From positions 1-64,000 of IMG/VR virus record IMGVR_UViG_3300028827_000129: a DNA stretch of 64,000 bases. One strand, 5' to 3'. Shown here piece by piece: positions 10,279-20,452 of the stretch. Both the position numbers and the translations under genes were made by a program. Within the stretch, counting starts at the first letter, position 1. Every line of letters begins with the position of its first letter. The notes beneath the pieces are model-generated. The model was not told the origin of the DNA. It did no database searches and saw only the letters and a list, made by a program, of their open reading frames with translations. Origin of the DNA: a virus.

Positions 10279-10872
10279 TTAAAAAGTAGCATTTTCAAAA
10301 CTTGCAAATTTTAATTCCCCATATAATAATAATACAGATTTCCAATATTGTCCTTTAATTCCAGATCCATGATATTTTCCTAAAGCTTTTTTTATATTTT
10401 TTGTCTTTTGTAAATAATAACCTAAGATTTCTGTTCCAGCTAATATGTTTTTTACTGGGTCAAATAAATCTTCGCGGGTTTTTATGCTATACCTTGTAAA
10501 TATATCAAGCTTATGGGGATTAGCATTAGCATTCCATACAGACCATGTTATTTGCATTAATCCATAAGCACCTTTATGAGATATACTATTTACTTTAAAG
10601 CTCGATTCTTGTTGTATCATTGCCAATATTAATAACGGGTCTATATAAACATGATAACGTTGATATACATTTTTTGTAGCTATAATAATTATCGTACTTA
10701 ACATTTTTTTACTCATTTGTATGTCGTTATATTTTTTGTTTAATATAAAATTCATTTCTTTTGCTGAAATCTTTTCTGAAGATGCTTCAGCATGAAATAT
10801 ATGAAAATTTAGTATGACAAAAATAATAGCTATATGTAAAAGTATATATTTCTTAAGCATTATATTCACCAA
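10279..10872 (-). CDS. lytic transglycosylase (SLT domain) with N-terminal signal/TM segment
   Basis: AMIQQESSF, GAYGLMQI, DPVKNILAG motifs. Confidence 0.9.
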   Translation of the reverse strand: MVNIMLKKYILLHIAIIFVILNFHIFHAEASSEKISAKEMNFILNKKYNDIQMSKKMLSTIIIIATKNVYQRYHVYIDPLLILAMIQQESSFKVNSISHKGAYGLMQITWSVWNANANPHKLDIFTRYSIKTREDLFDPVKNILAGTEILGYYLQKTKNIKKALGKYHGSGIKGQYWKSVLLLYGELKFASFENATF

Positions 10873-10876
10873 ACTT

Positions 10877-11779
10877 TCATAAAGAAAACATTAGCATATT
10901 TTGTTTTATCTTATTATAATTAAGATTTATTCCTGAAGCTCTTCTATGACCACCACCATTATATTGTTTTGCATATTGATTACAATTTGCTAAAGGATTA
11001 TTAGATCTTACTGAAATCGAATTAAAGCCTGGGTTTATCACTTCTAAAATGTCGATTTCGGGGTGACGTTCCAATATATATCGGCCAACAAATGTAGTGC
11101 ATCCATAATGTTTACATATTGTTCTCCCAATAGAAAAATTATTCCATTTGTAAGGTAATTTTACAAATGTTTCTTCAGCATAAAAGCATGAATTTTGTAA
11201 ATTTAATTTAAACACGTTATAAATTTCATCCAGCATTTTTGAGTTCAAGATATCTTCAAAATTTTCAAAATTTTGCCAATGTTTAAAAGCATTTTCTGGA
11301 TGCATCATAATTGTATAAGCATGTAATTTTGTAGATTCTTGATATTTATTTATTCCTAAGTCAAAGTCATTAACGTAATCTGCAAAAATTTCTATATCTT
11401 TAATAAATTTATTTTTGCGATCATAAATATACATTGCAGTAATTTTAGTGGCGCAATAATTTGTAGTACATATACTTGATTTAAACTTTGTCTTTGATTC
11501 TATAGAACTAATATGGTGGTCTAACCATATGTAATCATATGATTTTAAGAATTCAATAACTTCTTTTTCATTCTTAAGCGCTATATCTGTTATAAAAACT
11601 TTATCTCCTGGTTCATAGTCTTGTAAAAACCATTTTAAGGATTGCAACAGATTTTTATTATATTGATAAAAAAATGTCCTTATGTCTTTAATTTTTAAGT
11701 CGTCTTTAAGATATCTATTTAATACTAATGCACAACCTACTCCATCTAAGTCCTTATGTGTAAAACAAAATGCCTTCAT
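10877..11779 (-). CDS. DHH/DHHA1 family phosphoesterase
   Basis: THKDLDG, ITDI, LDHH, GGGHRRASG. Confidence 0.9.
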   Translation of the reverse strand: MKAFCFTHKDLDGVGCALVLNRYLKDDLKIKDIRTFFYQYNKNLLQSLKWFLQDYEPGDKVFITDIALKNEKEVIEFLKSYDYIWLDHHISSIESKTKFKSSICTTNYCATKITAMYIYDRKNKFIKDIEIFADYVNDFDLGINKYQESTKLHAYTIMMHPENAFKHWQNFENFEDILNSKMLDEIYNVFKLNLQNSCFYAEETFVKLPYKWNNFSIGRTICKHYGCTTFVGRYILERHPEIDILEVINPGFNSISVRSNNPLANCNQYAKQYNGGGHRRASGINLNYNKIKQNMLMFSL

Positions 11780-11795
11780 TTTAACTCCTTTCTAC

Positions 11796-11820
11796 AAAAA
11801 AAGCCGCATTTCTGCGGCTA
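11796..11820 (-). terminator. intrinsic terminator
   Basis: Minus strand AGCCGCA-gaaa-TGCGGCT-TTTTTT directly after the TAG at 11818. Confidence 0.8.
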
Positions 11821-12144
11821 AAAGATTGAGAAACATTTATCAGTTGTTACTTGCCATTTTAGTCCTACTTCATTAGAATAATTACTCTCTATAACTACCT
11901 CTTTATTACCGTCTACATATTTGTAAGCGGTAACGGTAAAAGTATAAGAATATCCTGGCTCAATACCGTGTAATGTTATTTCTGTTACATTACCTACATC
12001 AATAGGCGAATCTCCTTCTGTAAGCCCAGTCCCAACATACGGAGGTCCATTGTTTATTTGATCTAAAGGAAATTTATTATAATAAATTTTACATCCATCA
12101 ATTTCACCCGGGCTTATATTCCATATAAGTGTTGCTGTAGTGGG
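11818..12144 (-). CDS. second fibronectin type III domain, in frame after the UGA of the upstream gene (readthrough extension; no start codon of its own)
   Basis: Translates PTTATLIWNISPGEIDGCKIYY...GPPYVGTGLTEGDSPIDVGNVTEITLHGIEPGYSYTFTVTAY...ESNYSNEV...F*; not in the ORF track. Confidence 0.75.
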   Translation of the reverse strand, partial: PTTATLIWNISPGEIDGCKIYYNKFPLDQINNGPPYVGTGLTEGDSPIDVGNVTEITLHGIEPGYSYTFTVTAYKYVDGNKEVVIESNYSNEVGLKWQVTTDKCFSIF

Positions 12145-12483
12145 TCAAGGCTGTACTGAAATGCTACAGCCTCCTGAAGCTGGTGGAGCAGGTGGGGTTG
12201 TATCAATCACTTGATTTGCGCAAAGATCTAAATAAGCACTTTTATTACCAGCTCCATCAATAGCTGCTACCTTAAATGTATATGTACCATCTGCAACATC
12301 TGTAAATACATATGTTAACGCGTTGCCAACATTTACACAATTTGTGTCCATGCAAACCTCATATGCAACAACATCAGGAGATGGACTAGCAGTCCAACTT
12401 AGTTCAACATTTGTTACAGCATATGCTTCATTATAACTGAACAAAAACATTACAAAAGTCATTGCAGTAAGTAACTTTTTCAT
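12145..12483 (-). CDS. secreted/surface fibronectin type III domain protein
   Basis: Signal peptide; LSWTAS...YEV...VGNALTY...YTFKVAAIDGAGNKS; GGAGG RBS. Confidence 0.85.
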   Translation of the reverse strand: MKKLLTAMTFVMFLFSYNEAYAVTNVELSWTASPSPDVVAYEVCMDTNCVNVGNALTYVFTDVADGTYTFKVAAIDGAGNKSAYLDLCANQVIDTTPPAPPASGGCSISVQP

Positions 12484-12501
12484 ATTATACCTCCTTTAAT
12501 C

Positions 12502-12577
12502 TGGCTCCCGGGGAGGGACTCGAACCCCCGACGAAGTGGTTAACAGCCACCCGCTCTGCCGGCTGAGCTACCCGGGA
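12502..12577 (-). tRNA. tRNA-Asn(GTT)
   Basis: Cloverleaf, anticodon loop CTGTTAA, GTTCGAG T-loop, encoded CCA. Confidence 0.95.
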
Positions 12578-12581
12578 TTTT

Positions 12582-13064
12582 TTAATTTACACCTGTAGAA
12601 CCTATACCACCACCTCTATCTAATGTTTTATCAAGTTCTTTAACTACAACAAAGTCTGCTTGTTCTACTTTATTTAGTATACCTTGAGCAATACGATCAC
12701 CGTGGTGGATAACAAATGGTTTATTACTTAGATTTATTACTCCAATTCCTATTTCATTTCTATAACCTGCATCAATAGTTCCTACTCCATTAATAAGTGT
12801 TATCCCATGTTTTATAGATAAGCCACTTCTTGCACGAATTTGTAGTTCATATCCAAGTGGGATAGCCATAAAAATACCTGTTGGAATAAGTTCTATTTGC
12901 TTAGGTTGCAGAACAATTGCTACTTTATTTTCATGGGTTATTGTGCCTCCCCATCTTTCTCTATAGCTAATTATGTCAGCCCTAAAATCAAATCCTGCAT
13001 CGCCTTTATTAGCATATTGAGGAATTTCAATATCTGGTCTCGCTCTTCTTATTTGTACTTCCAC
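12582..13064 (-). CDS. dut: dUTPase (trimeric)
   Basis: AGFDF, RSGLS, GTIDAGYR, DRIAQ, RGGGIGSTG. Confidence 0.95.
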   Translation of the reverse strand: MEVQIRRARPDIEIPQYANKGDAGFDFRADIISYRERWGGTITHENKVAIVLQPKQIELIPTGIFMAIPLGYELQIRARSGLSIKHGITLINGVGTIDAGYRNEIGIGVINLSNKPFVIHHGDRIAQGILNKVEQADFVVVKELDKTLDRGGGIGSTGVN

Positions 13065-13301
13065 ATTAATCCTCCTTTTTTATTTTGTCTTTAATTACTT
13101 TCTTTATTTGTTTAAAAAGGGTATCAAACTCTTTTTCATTCAATTGTGCCTTTTTATTATTTAAACATTGAATTAGCTTATTTTTAGAAATAAAACCACA
13201 AATATAAAAACCAAATAATTCATAAATATTTAGTTTATGTAAATCAGCCCATCTATCTTGTTTTACAAATAAATATAAATCTTGTGTATGTTCTCCTATA
13301 G

Positions 13302-13709
13302 TCATTCTTTAGCCCATTTAAGAATATTTTCTGCTGTTGTCAAAGCAGTATTGATAGTAATGGGCTGATTCTTAGTTTTTAATATCTGTATAGCTAATTC
13401 AAGACCTTTAAGACGTAATAATTCTTCGTCATTTACAGTAAATAAAATATCTTGTTTTACGTTTTGCTTTTGTTCTTTTTCCCTTTTTTCTATTTGTTCA
13501 TCAAAAATATCTTTCGATTCTTCTTTTTTGTTTTCAATTAATGTAATTTTTTTAATAAAATATTCATCAACTTCTAATTCATATGTTTTACCTTCTTGCG
13601 GCCATTCATTTTTAGGTAATTCTTTTTTATTTAAAGCATACCATTGTTTATTAATTAATACACCCCCATTTGGGGTGCATCGTTCACATTTGCCTACTAT
13701 TTTACTCAT
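13302..13709 (-). CDS. hypothetical protein
   Basis: 135-aa ORF with GGAGG RBS; ATGA overlap with the next gene. Confidence 0.7.
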   Translation of the reverse strand: MSKIVGKCERCTPNGGVLINKQWYALNKKELPKNEWPQEGKTYELEVDEYFIKKITLIENKKEESKDIFDEQIEKREKEQKQNVKQDILFTVNDEELLRLKGLELAIQILKTKNQPITINTALTTAENILKWAKE

Positions 13710-13720
13710 ATATAACCTCC

Positions 13721-13748
13721 AAGCCCCGGGGTAAACTCCCCGGGGCTT
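13721..13748. terminator. GC-rich stem-loop between the HU gene and the next gene (terminator or stabiliser)
   Basis: AAGCCCCGGGG-taaact-CCCCGGGGCTT, 11-bp perfect stem. Confidence 0.6.
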
Positions 13749-13764
13749 TATAAATATTGTTCAT

Positions 13765-14073
13765 TTACTTAATAGCTGCACGAAGCTTACTTGAAGGCTT
13801 AAGCGTAACCCTTCTAATCTTCTTTGGGTACCACTTTATTTTATTATCATTAAAGTTATACCGATAATGTGGCTTGACCTTAAAGCCTCGAATTGTACCG
13901 ATTCCTGTGATTCTTACAGATCCATTCTTTTTGAACTCTTTGCGGAGCTCATAAAGAATTGAGTCGTAAATCTCTGAAGCAAACTTCTTAGAAATCAGAT
14001 TTCCATGTGCAATCTTTTCAATCATTTCTCTCTTTGTCATTTTTTTCCTCCAATAAAATATAAATTTATACAA
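13765..14073 (-). CDS. HU/IHF-like DNA-binding protein
   Basis: MTKREMIEKIA...VRITGIGT...LKPSSKLRAAIK; true start probably MTKRE. Confidence 0.8.
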   Translation of the reverse strand: MYKFIFYWRKKMTKREMIEKIAHGNLISKKFASEIYDSILYELRKEFKKNGSVRITGIGTIRGFKVKPHYRYNFNDNKIKWYPKKIRRVTLKPSSKLRAAIK

Positions 14074-14090
14074 TCCGGATTGCTTATTAA

Positions 14091-14588
14091 CTATGAAATA
14101 GATAGTCGTAAAGAAATAATAGCATTATCTATTTCATCAAAAATATCCTTAGCATTTAATTCCTTTAAGCTTTTTAAATTTTTCTTTAACCAAGATAAAA
14201 TAAAAAGTAACTCATTTGTATAAACAAAAGTCCTTCCAGAGTTTAAAAACTTATATATTTCAGTTAATAGTTCTCTAGAAAATAAAAGTTGATCAATCTT
14301 ATAAAATGATTCGTTAGTATACACTTCAGGCAACAGAAAGTAATTATAAGTTTCTACATTGCCGTCTAATAAACCAGCAAACCACTCTGATAATTCCAAT
14401 AAGTTCCATTTTCCTAAATTTCTATCATGCCCTTGATATGAAGCTGGGAAATTTGAATAAATAGACAAATAATCCCATGTACTAAGAATATAAATGCCAT
14501 AATATTTATTCCCTGATTTAGTTAATTTTAATGGCCATACATCATCTGGGAATATTTTTGCTATTAATTCAAATACCTTAGCTTCCAT
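14091..14588 (-). CDS. hypothetical protein, weakly like phage Pol-beta nucleotidyltransferases (no catalytic motif visible)
   Basis: GIYI...ELSEWFAGLLDGN pattern; no GS/DxD. Confidence 0.3.
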   Translation of the reverse strand: MEAKVFELIAKIFPDDVWPLKLTKSGNKYYGIYILSTWDYLSIYSNFPASYQGHDRNLGKWNLLELSEWFAGLLDGNVETYNYFLLPEVYTNESFYKIDQLLFSRELLTEIYKFLNSGRTFVYTNELLFILSWLKKNLKSLKELNAKDIFDEIDNAIISLRLSIS

Positions 14589-14590
14589 TA

Positions 14591-14854
14591 TTATTCAATA
14601 CCTAATTCATCTCTACACTTTTCTGCGACAAGCTTTTGGAATTCAAGATATGCAGCTTTAGATGTAAAGTTAACTGTATCTACCCACTTTCCTTGCTTGT
14701 TGCGATAAGCAGGCAAAAGGGTGAATACACCATGTTCATTTTTTCTGACATTAAAACGGATCTTTACCATATCATTAAGGACAAAACTTCCAAATGCTAC
14801 AGTATTTGCAAAATCACTTTTCTTTACTTCAATTTTAGTAATTCCCTTTAACAT
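14591..14854 (-). CDS. SpoVG-like nucleic-acid-binding protein
   Basis: ITKIEV...AFGSFVLND...GVFTLLPAYRNKQGKWVDTV. Confidence 0.7.
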   Translation of the reverse strand: MLKGITKIEVKKSDFANTVAFGSFVLNDMVKIRFNVRKNEHGVFTLLPAYRNKQGKWVDTVNFTSKAAYLEFQKLVAEKCRDELGIE

Positions 14855-15074
14855 TTTTACTCTCCTTTTTCTGTAATTTTAGCAATTGCAGAATCAATTG
14901 CTTTTTTACTAAAACCCTGGAAGGTTAACAATTCTTTAAACCCATTATTTTTATATTTTTTTCTACTATGTAGAAAATTAAGTGCATCATTTTTAACGAT
15001 GTTATTTTTACTTTTAGCATCTAAAAATGCTTGTCTACAAATAGCATAAGATAATTCTTTATATCCCATAAAAA

Positions 15075-17555
15075 TTACCCACATTTACTATAATTGCAGT
15101 TGTAGCATTTTAAACAACCTTCTTCTTTCATCATTGGCTCTTTACAAATAGGACATAAATCCTTGTAGGAAATTTGTTTTCCTGCATACATACTTAAAAC
15201 TCTTGATACTACAACTGCAAATTCTGTTAAATCCTTAGAAGCTTTTTTAAGTTGTTCAATAATAAATTCTCTAGGCACACCGTGTCTTAATGATGTACTT
15301 ATTAAACGAGTTAAGGCTCTTTGTTCACCATTCATGAGTAAGTTAGCAATGTTTTTAAATTCTATTTCTGCATTTCTTATTTTTGTTACAAGAGAATAAA
15401 TGCCTTTTGATTTTTTTATAATAGATCCATTTTTTACTGTTTTAGGTAAGTAAATATCATCTGATTCTCCTGCGAAAACTTCATAAGGTTCACTATTAAA
15501 TAAACCTATTAATACTAGCCATTTTTGTCCTTTAATCATACAATGATGAATATCGCATGGTAAAACTTCTGGACGTTTAGGAGCAGTTTTAGTAACAATA
15601 CCTTCTGTGTCGATTATTTCTCCATATTTCTTTTTGTGTGTCATCGGGTCATCAAAAATTAATATTCCTTCTCTGGAGCCATCTACATATACAGATACTG
15701 CTCTTACGCCCTTTTCGTAAGCTTTATAATATATCTCTTCAATATCTTTTACTGTTGCAGATGTTGGCAAATTAAACGTGCATGAGATAGAAGCATCTAT
15801 CCATTTATATATACTTGACATTAATTTAACTTTTTGTAATGGATCAATTTTATGTGCAGGCTTCAAAAAGTCTGCAGGTAAATATTTTTCAAATATTTTT
15901 ATATATTTCTTTCCTATAGTACCATCATCATCTAATACTGAACCATTAAAATTTTCTAATAAGGCTATATCTTGTTCGTCATACTTTTCTTGCTTACGTA
16001 TATAATTAATTAAGAATTTTTTTATTTCATCTGGAATTATAAAATAGTACGTATATTTTCCTTTATCAACTGCTCGTGTTCTTCGCCAATAATAATGGCT
16101 AATTAATGGTTCTATCCCAGATGATAAACATGGCGTAGGAAAAACAGATGAAATAGAACCACTTGGCGCAATTGACATATGAGCCATATTGCGCATATGA
16201 GTAACTTTGTTGATATCGCCTTCAAAAAACTTATTGACAATATTTCTGCAGTAAGTAGTATTCATTAAAGATTTTTTATCTTTTAACAATTCAAATGCAG
16301 GAGCATTGCCTTTTTCTTTTCCTAATTCTATAGAAGACTTGAATACAATATAAGCATAATAACTCATAAAGTCTTCTATAACTTTAATAGCTTCATCTGA
16401 ATCATAAGGCAGTTCTTGATTTAACAGCCATTTATGTACATTTGTTATTCCTAAACCTATTTCCCTAAGTAATGTTACAATTTCTTTTTGTTGTGGTATA
16501 GGGCTTAAGTTATACTTTAATTCATATTCAATAATATTATCAGCAAATCTAACGATATATGGAATTATGCTTTCTAATTCTTTTTGATAATCTTCTTTTT
16601 TTATAGAAAACATGCCCATATTAATTGAGCTTAAATTGCATACAGAATAAGGAGCCATAAATTTCTCGCTACATGCATTACTGCTATGTGGGAGAAACTT
16701 TTTATCTTTTGTTTCATCATAAATAGCTTTATACATCAAAGCATTTTGTAACAAATCTCTATACTGGATTCCTGGCTCCGCACTTTTAAATGCTTGTGTT
16801 GCTATTTTATTAAATAATTTTTTCGCAGAAACTTTTTTGCTAATTCTTTCTTTATTATTAATTGTAAAAGATAGTTCCCATTCTGTATCATTTTCTACTG
16901 CTTTCATGAATTCATTAGTAATTTGTACACTAATATTAGCATTATTGATTTGCTTTAGATTATTTTTACATTCAATAAATTCTTCTATATCTGGATGACT
17001 AATAATTAAACTCTCTAACAGAGCTGGTTTTCGACCTTTTTGCCCAACGTAATCTCCAATTCTATTAATTTTATCCATCCAAGGTATAACACCAGTGGAT
17101 TCTTCAGCAGCATTTGCGACTTTTGAACCCCTAGGTCTTAGATTAGAAAAATCTATGCCTATACCTTGCCTCCATGCTGCACATTTCATTGTTTCATATT
17201 CACATTGCCCTATAGCTTCTAGTGTATCTTCTGCAATAGGCAATGTTGTACAGTTCATTGTAGAGCATTTTTTATTAATACCTAATGAGGCTATAATACT
17301 TCCACCAGCTCTAAACCATCCATCCCATAACAGATCAAAGAAAATATTAGCATACTTTTGTTGCTTATTTTCTTTTTCCATTAAAGCTGCATTTTTTGCA
17401 ACCCTCCAGAATGTTTCTGCTGGAGTTTCTAATTTACCATTAACATTTTGAGCATATTTTGTATTAAATATATCTACTGCATATTTGTCATTATGAAAAT
17501 ACTCTTCTGCAGTAATAGTTTTATTTTTGATGTAATTTTCATAATCTTTTATCAT
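15075..17555 (-). CDS. nrdJ: ribonucleotide reductase, class II (B12-dependent)
   Basis: NCT, GIGIDFSNLRPRGS, ANISV, NACSE, VCNLSSIN, SIAPSGSIS; C-terminal Zn ribbon ending SKCG; no beta-subunit gene in the window. Confidence 0.88.
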   Translation of the reverse strand: MIKDYENYIKNKTITAEEYFHNDKYAVDIFNTKYAQNVNGKLETPAETFWRVAKNAALMEKENKQQKYANIFFDLLWDGWFRAGGSIIASLGINKKCSTMNCTTLPIAEDTLEAIGQCEYETMKCAAWRQGIGIDFSNLRPRGSKVANAAEESTGVIPWMDKINRIGDYVGQKGRKPALLESLIISHPDIEEFIECKNNLKQINNANISVQITNEFMKAVENDTEWELSFTINNKERISKKVSAKKLFNKIATQAFKSAEPGIQYRDLLQNALMYKAIYDETKDKKFLPHSSNACSEKFMAPYSVCNLSSINMGMFSIKKEDYQKELESIIPYIVRFADNIIEYELKYNLSPIPQQKEIVTLLREIGLGITNVHKWLLNQELPYDSDEAIKVIEDFMSYYAYIVFKSSIELGKEKGNAPAFELLKDKKSLMNTTYCRNIVNKFFEGDINKVTHMRNMAHMSIAPSGSISSVFPTPCLSSGIEPLISHYYWRRTRAVDKGKYTYYFIIPDEIKKFLINYIRKQEKYDEQDIALLENFNGSVLDDDGTIGKKYIKIFEKYLPADFLKPAHKIDPLQKVKLMSSIYKWIDASISCTFNLPTSATVKDIEEIYYKAYEKGVRAVSVYVDGSREGILIFDDPMTHKKKYGEIIDTEGIVTKTAPKRPEVLPCDIHHCMIKGQKWLVLIGLFNSEPYEVFAGESDDIYLPKTVKNGSIIKKSKGIYSLVTKIRNAEIEFKNIANLLMNGEQRALTRLISTSLRHGVPREFIIEQLKKASKDLTEFAVVVSRVLSMYAGKQISYKDLCPICKEPMMKEEGCLKCYNCNYSKCG

Positions 17556-17756
17556 ATTTTAATTCCTCATTTATGAATTTATTGGTTTTTTGTAAAGCTC
17601 TTTTTAATAGCTTCGTCATTTACAAGTGTAGCTACTTTTAATAAGCCACTTAGTGTGATAATATCACCAGATGAAGAAATATCACACGTATTATCTTCAA
17701 ATAATTTTAATGTCATAACTGCTTTTTCTTTCTTTTCTGTCATTTTATTTTCCTCC

Positions 17757-18266
17757 TTAACTTCCAATTTGTTTCATTTCTGCAGTTAATAGAATTATTA
17801 AATTCTTTGTAATTTCTATTTGCATTTTTAGGTCATCTTTAATTTCACTCCAAAATCGTTCTTCTATTTCAGCCCATGTTAATGCCATTGATAAATCTGC
17901 GACAGAACCTTCTTCAATAGTTTTTAACATTTCTTTATTTGCTCTTTTTAATTTTTCTTGTATGCTCTTATATTTGTCAGTAATCTCTTCAAATTTAGAG
18001 AGCCTGTGGTGCTCTTTAAGGCCATTAATATGTCTAAGTGATGCTGCAGCCCTTTTATGATGAAAAGAGGCTTCATTCCACTTATAAGATAGCTCTAAGA
18101 GAGTATTTTTTATGCCTCCTATATCTAAAGATGGATCTATTGCAACATTAAAATATGTTTTCCATTCTTTAAATGTCTTTCCATTTATTTCATAGTCTTC
18201 TAAAACTTCGTATAATCCATTAAAGAAGTAATAACACTTTTTTAATTCTGCTTTACTATCTGTCAT
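17757..18266 (-). CDS. coiled-coil protein (possibly UvsY-like)
   Basis: Helical heptad pattern and position in the replication block; family uncertain. Confidence 0.35.
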   Translation of the reverse strand: MTDSKAELKKCYYFFNGLYEVLEDYEINGKTFKEWKTYFNVAIDPSLDIGGIKNTLLELSYKWNEASFHHKRAAASLRHINGLKEHHRLSKFEEITDKYKSIQEKLKRANKEMLKTIEEGSVADLSMALTWAEIEERFWSEIKDDLKMQIEITKNLIILLTAEMKQIGS

Positions 18267-18835
18267 TTTTTGCCCTCGTCTTGTATATTTTTAAATCCTA
18301 CATGTTTTGCATTAAAAACATATGCAGCTTCAAGTAATGCAAAATATTCATTTGCGGTAATTTCAAAATTGTGTTTCCCGGGGCAATAAAGCGGGTAAAT
18401 ATAAATAGTATACTTACCCGCTTTTACAAACATTGGGTTTTCTTGAGTAAAGGTGCCTTTAATAAATAGTTGCTGATATCTTTCAAATATTTCTCTAGTT
18501 GATAAACCGTCTAAGAAAGAAAGAATATAGTTTTTATTATTTTTAGAGATATCTTTTATACTTTGTATTATATTGTTATAGTTTATTTTTTGAAAACTGA
18601 ATATTTCTATATCGTAATGTTTATTATTTAAGAACTGATCAATAGCTTTTATGCATTTTTCTCCTAAAACAATAATTTTAGGAGCCAGTCCTATTGATTG
18701 TTCTATATCAAATAGTTCAATATCTTTTATTGTGACGTATGTATATAATAAGGCTTCGATTAATTTTTTCTTTAATGTATTGACCTTTTTTTCACTTTCT
18801 TTTTTTGTATACAAAATTGGAATTTTATAAAACAT
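18263..18835 (-). CDS. hypothetical protein
   Basis: 190-aa ORF in a tight operon. Confidence 0.65.
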   Translation of the reverse strand: MFYKIPILYTKKESEKKVNTLKKKLIEALLYTYVTIKDIELFDIEQSIGLAPKIIVLGEKCIKAIDQFLNNKHYDIEIFSFQKINYNNIIQSIKDISKNNKNYILSFLDGLSTREIFERYQQLFIKGTFTQENPMFVKAGKYTIYIYPLYCPGKHNFEITANEYFALLEAAYVFNAKHVGFKNIQDEGKK

Positions 18836-19083
18836 TTCATTTTTCCTTAAAAATAAAATAATAAAAAGGATAATAAAGAACTAAAATAACACTCCAAATT
18901 TTATAATTAAAATATCCATAATGCAATTTAATTACTTCTAAACCTGAAGCTTGTGTTGCAATTCTATCTTCTTTTGTCTTTAATCCTTTAACAATACTTC
19001 TTAATGACTTAACTGAATTAGCCATTTTTCTACCCAACAAGGCATAATGTATAATAAAGAAAAAAATGTATAAGATAATTATT

Positions 19084-19431
19084 TTAATGAAAAGCTCCAA
19101 GGCCATCACCTCCTTGGAGTTGTTCTTTTAACCTATTGAGAAATTCTATAGTTCTTGCAAAATATAATTTAATTTTGTCAATAAATTGTTTAAAAAATGT
19201 TTTTTCAATTAGTGCATTTACAATAAGAGCAATTACAACTGCTATAGCACTAATTAGTAAAGACCATGTTATATCTTGAAAAACTGTAAACAATATATAT
19301 GTTAGGCTTATTTCTAAAACTATTGGATGTTTTACACACCATTTCCTCACTTCTTCGGTTGTATTTAATAATGCTAGAATGACAGATAAACTTGTTGTAA
19401 ATATAGATTTTAAAAACGCTATATTTTTCAT
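19084..19431 (-). CDS. membrane protein
   Basis: 2-3 hydrophobic segments. Confidence 0.6.
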   Translation of the reverse strand: MKNIAFLKSIFTTSLSVILALLNTTEEVRKWCVKHPIVLEISLTYILFTVFQDITWSLLISAIAVVIALIVNALIEKTFFKQFIDKIKLYFARTIEFLNRLKEQLQGGDGLGAFH

Positions 19432-19496
19432 TTATTTCTCCTACTTCATTTTATTTTCCTCCTTTCTAGACTTTGTTTATCAACTAAAATTAACAA

Positions 19497-20435
19497 TTAC
19501 CAGACTTGCGTTAACGATACTAATGTAAAGGGCCTTTTAGATAATTCATCTATATCTTCTTGATATTTTTTAGGTAATAATTTTTGAATATATTTTTTAT
19601 ATATATTTCTTGCCTCTTTTCTGTTATGTTCATTGATAATATCTTGAATAGTATTTTCTCCAATGTCGCTAATGAACTTTTGAGATTTCTTTTCATATGC
19701 TTTAATTACAGAAAACTTTGTAAGATAAAAAACAATTTTAGCTATTTTTTTATCGCTTAACCAATAATTATTTAATGCTCTATATTCAAAACCATACTCT
19801 TTTGGACGATGTGATCCTGCTTTGCCATAGAGTTGTTTTCTCTTTTTACTTGTAGGATCTTTATCTAAAAGAACATTGGTAACTCCAACAAACAGATCCA
19901 TGCTTTGTACTGCTTTAATTATATTTTCAATATTTTGCCCAATATCCTCTGAAGCAAAAAACGATTTTGCGATATCATCATTATAACCAACATGTATATG
20001 ACCTGCTGCAGTTCGTAACGTATTTTCTCCTGCAAGTGGATCAATGATATTCATTTCTCTTGTATATGCATTAAAATCAGGTTCACAGCCAAATATTTTT
20101 GCTTCTTCGTTATCTAATTCTTTTTTAGGAAAATTTGCAGCTGCTAATACAACTGCATCAAAATCTGTTTCTTCAATATATTTGGTTAACTTTTTCATCC
20201 TATTGATAAAATCTTTAAATGTACTAGCAGGAGTAAATCCTGCTTCTAGGTTAACATTATCAGCATGTATTGTCAAGCCTTTTTTGACCTCTTTTGGATC
20301 ATGTTTACTTCCTGGGATTTTCCCAATAGCAGAAATAAGTTTTGATGACAAATCTTTCACAGAATTAGTTTTAATTCCTTTTTCTATAAGCATAAATTCT
20401 GGATCTGCACCTATTACCAATGAAGAAAATTTCAT
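19497..20435 (-). CDS. phiEco32-like COOH-NH2 ligase type 2
   Basis: IGADPEF, DNVNLE, FGCEPDFNAY, AAGHIHVG, RKQLYGKAG, FEYRALNN. Confidence 0.9.
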   Translation of the reverse strand: MKFSSLVIGADPEFMLIEKGIKTNSVKDLSSKLISAIGKIPGSKHDPKEVKKGLTIHADNVNLEAGFTPASTFKDFINRMKKLTKYIEETDFDAVVLAAANFPKKELDNEEAKIFGCEPDFNAYTREMNIIDPLAGENTLRTAAGHIHVGYNDDIAKSFFASEDIGQNIENIIKAVQSMDLFVGVTNVLLDKDPTSKKRKQLYGKAGSHRPKEYGFEYRALNNYWLSDKKIAKIVFYLTKFSVIKAYEKKSQKFISDIGENTIQDIINEHNRKEARNIYKKYIQKLLPKKYQEDIDELSKRPFTLVSLTQVW

Positions 20436-20452
20436 AATTACTCCTTTTTTAT

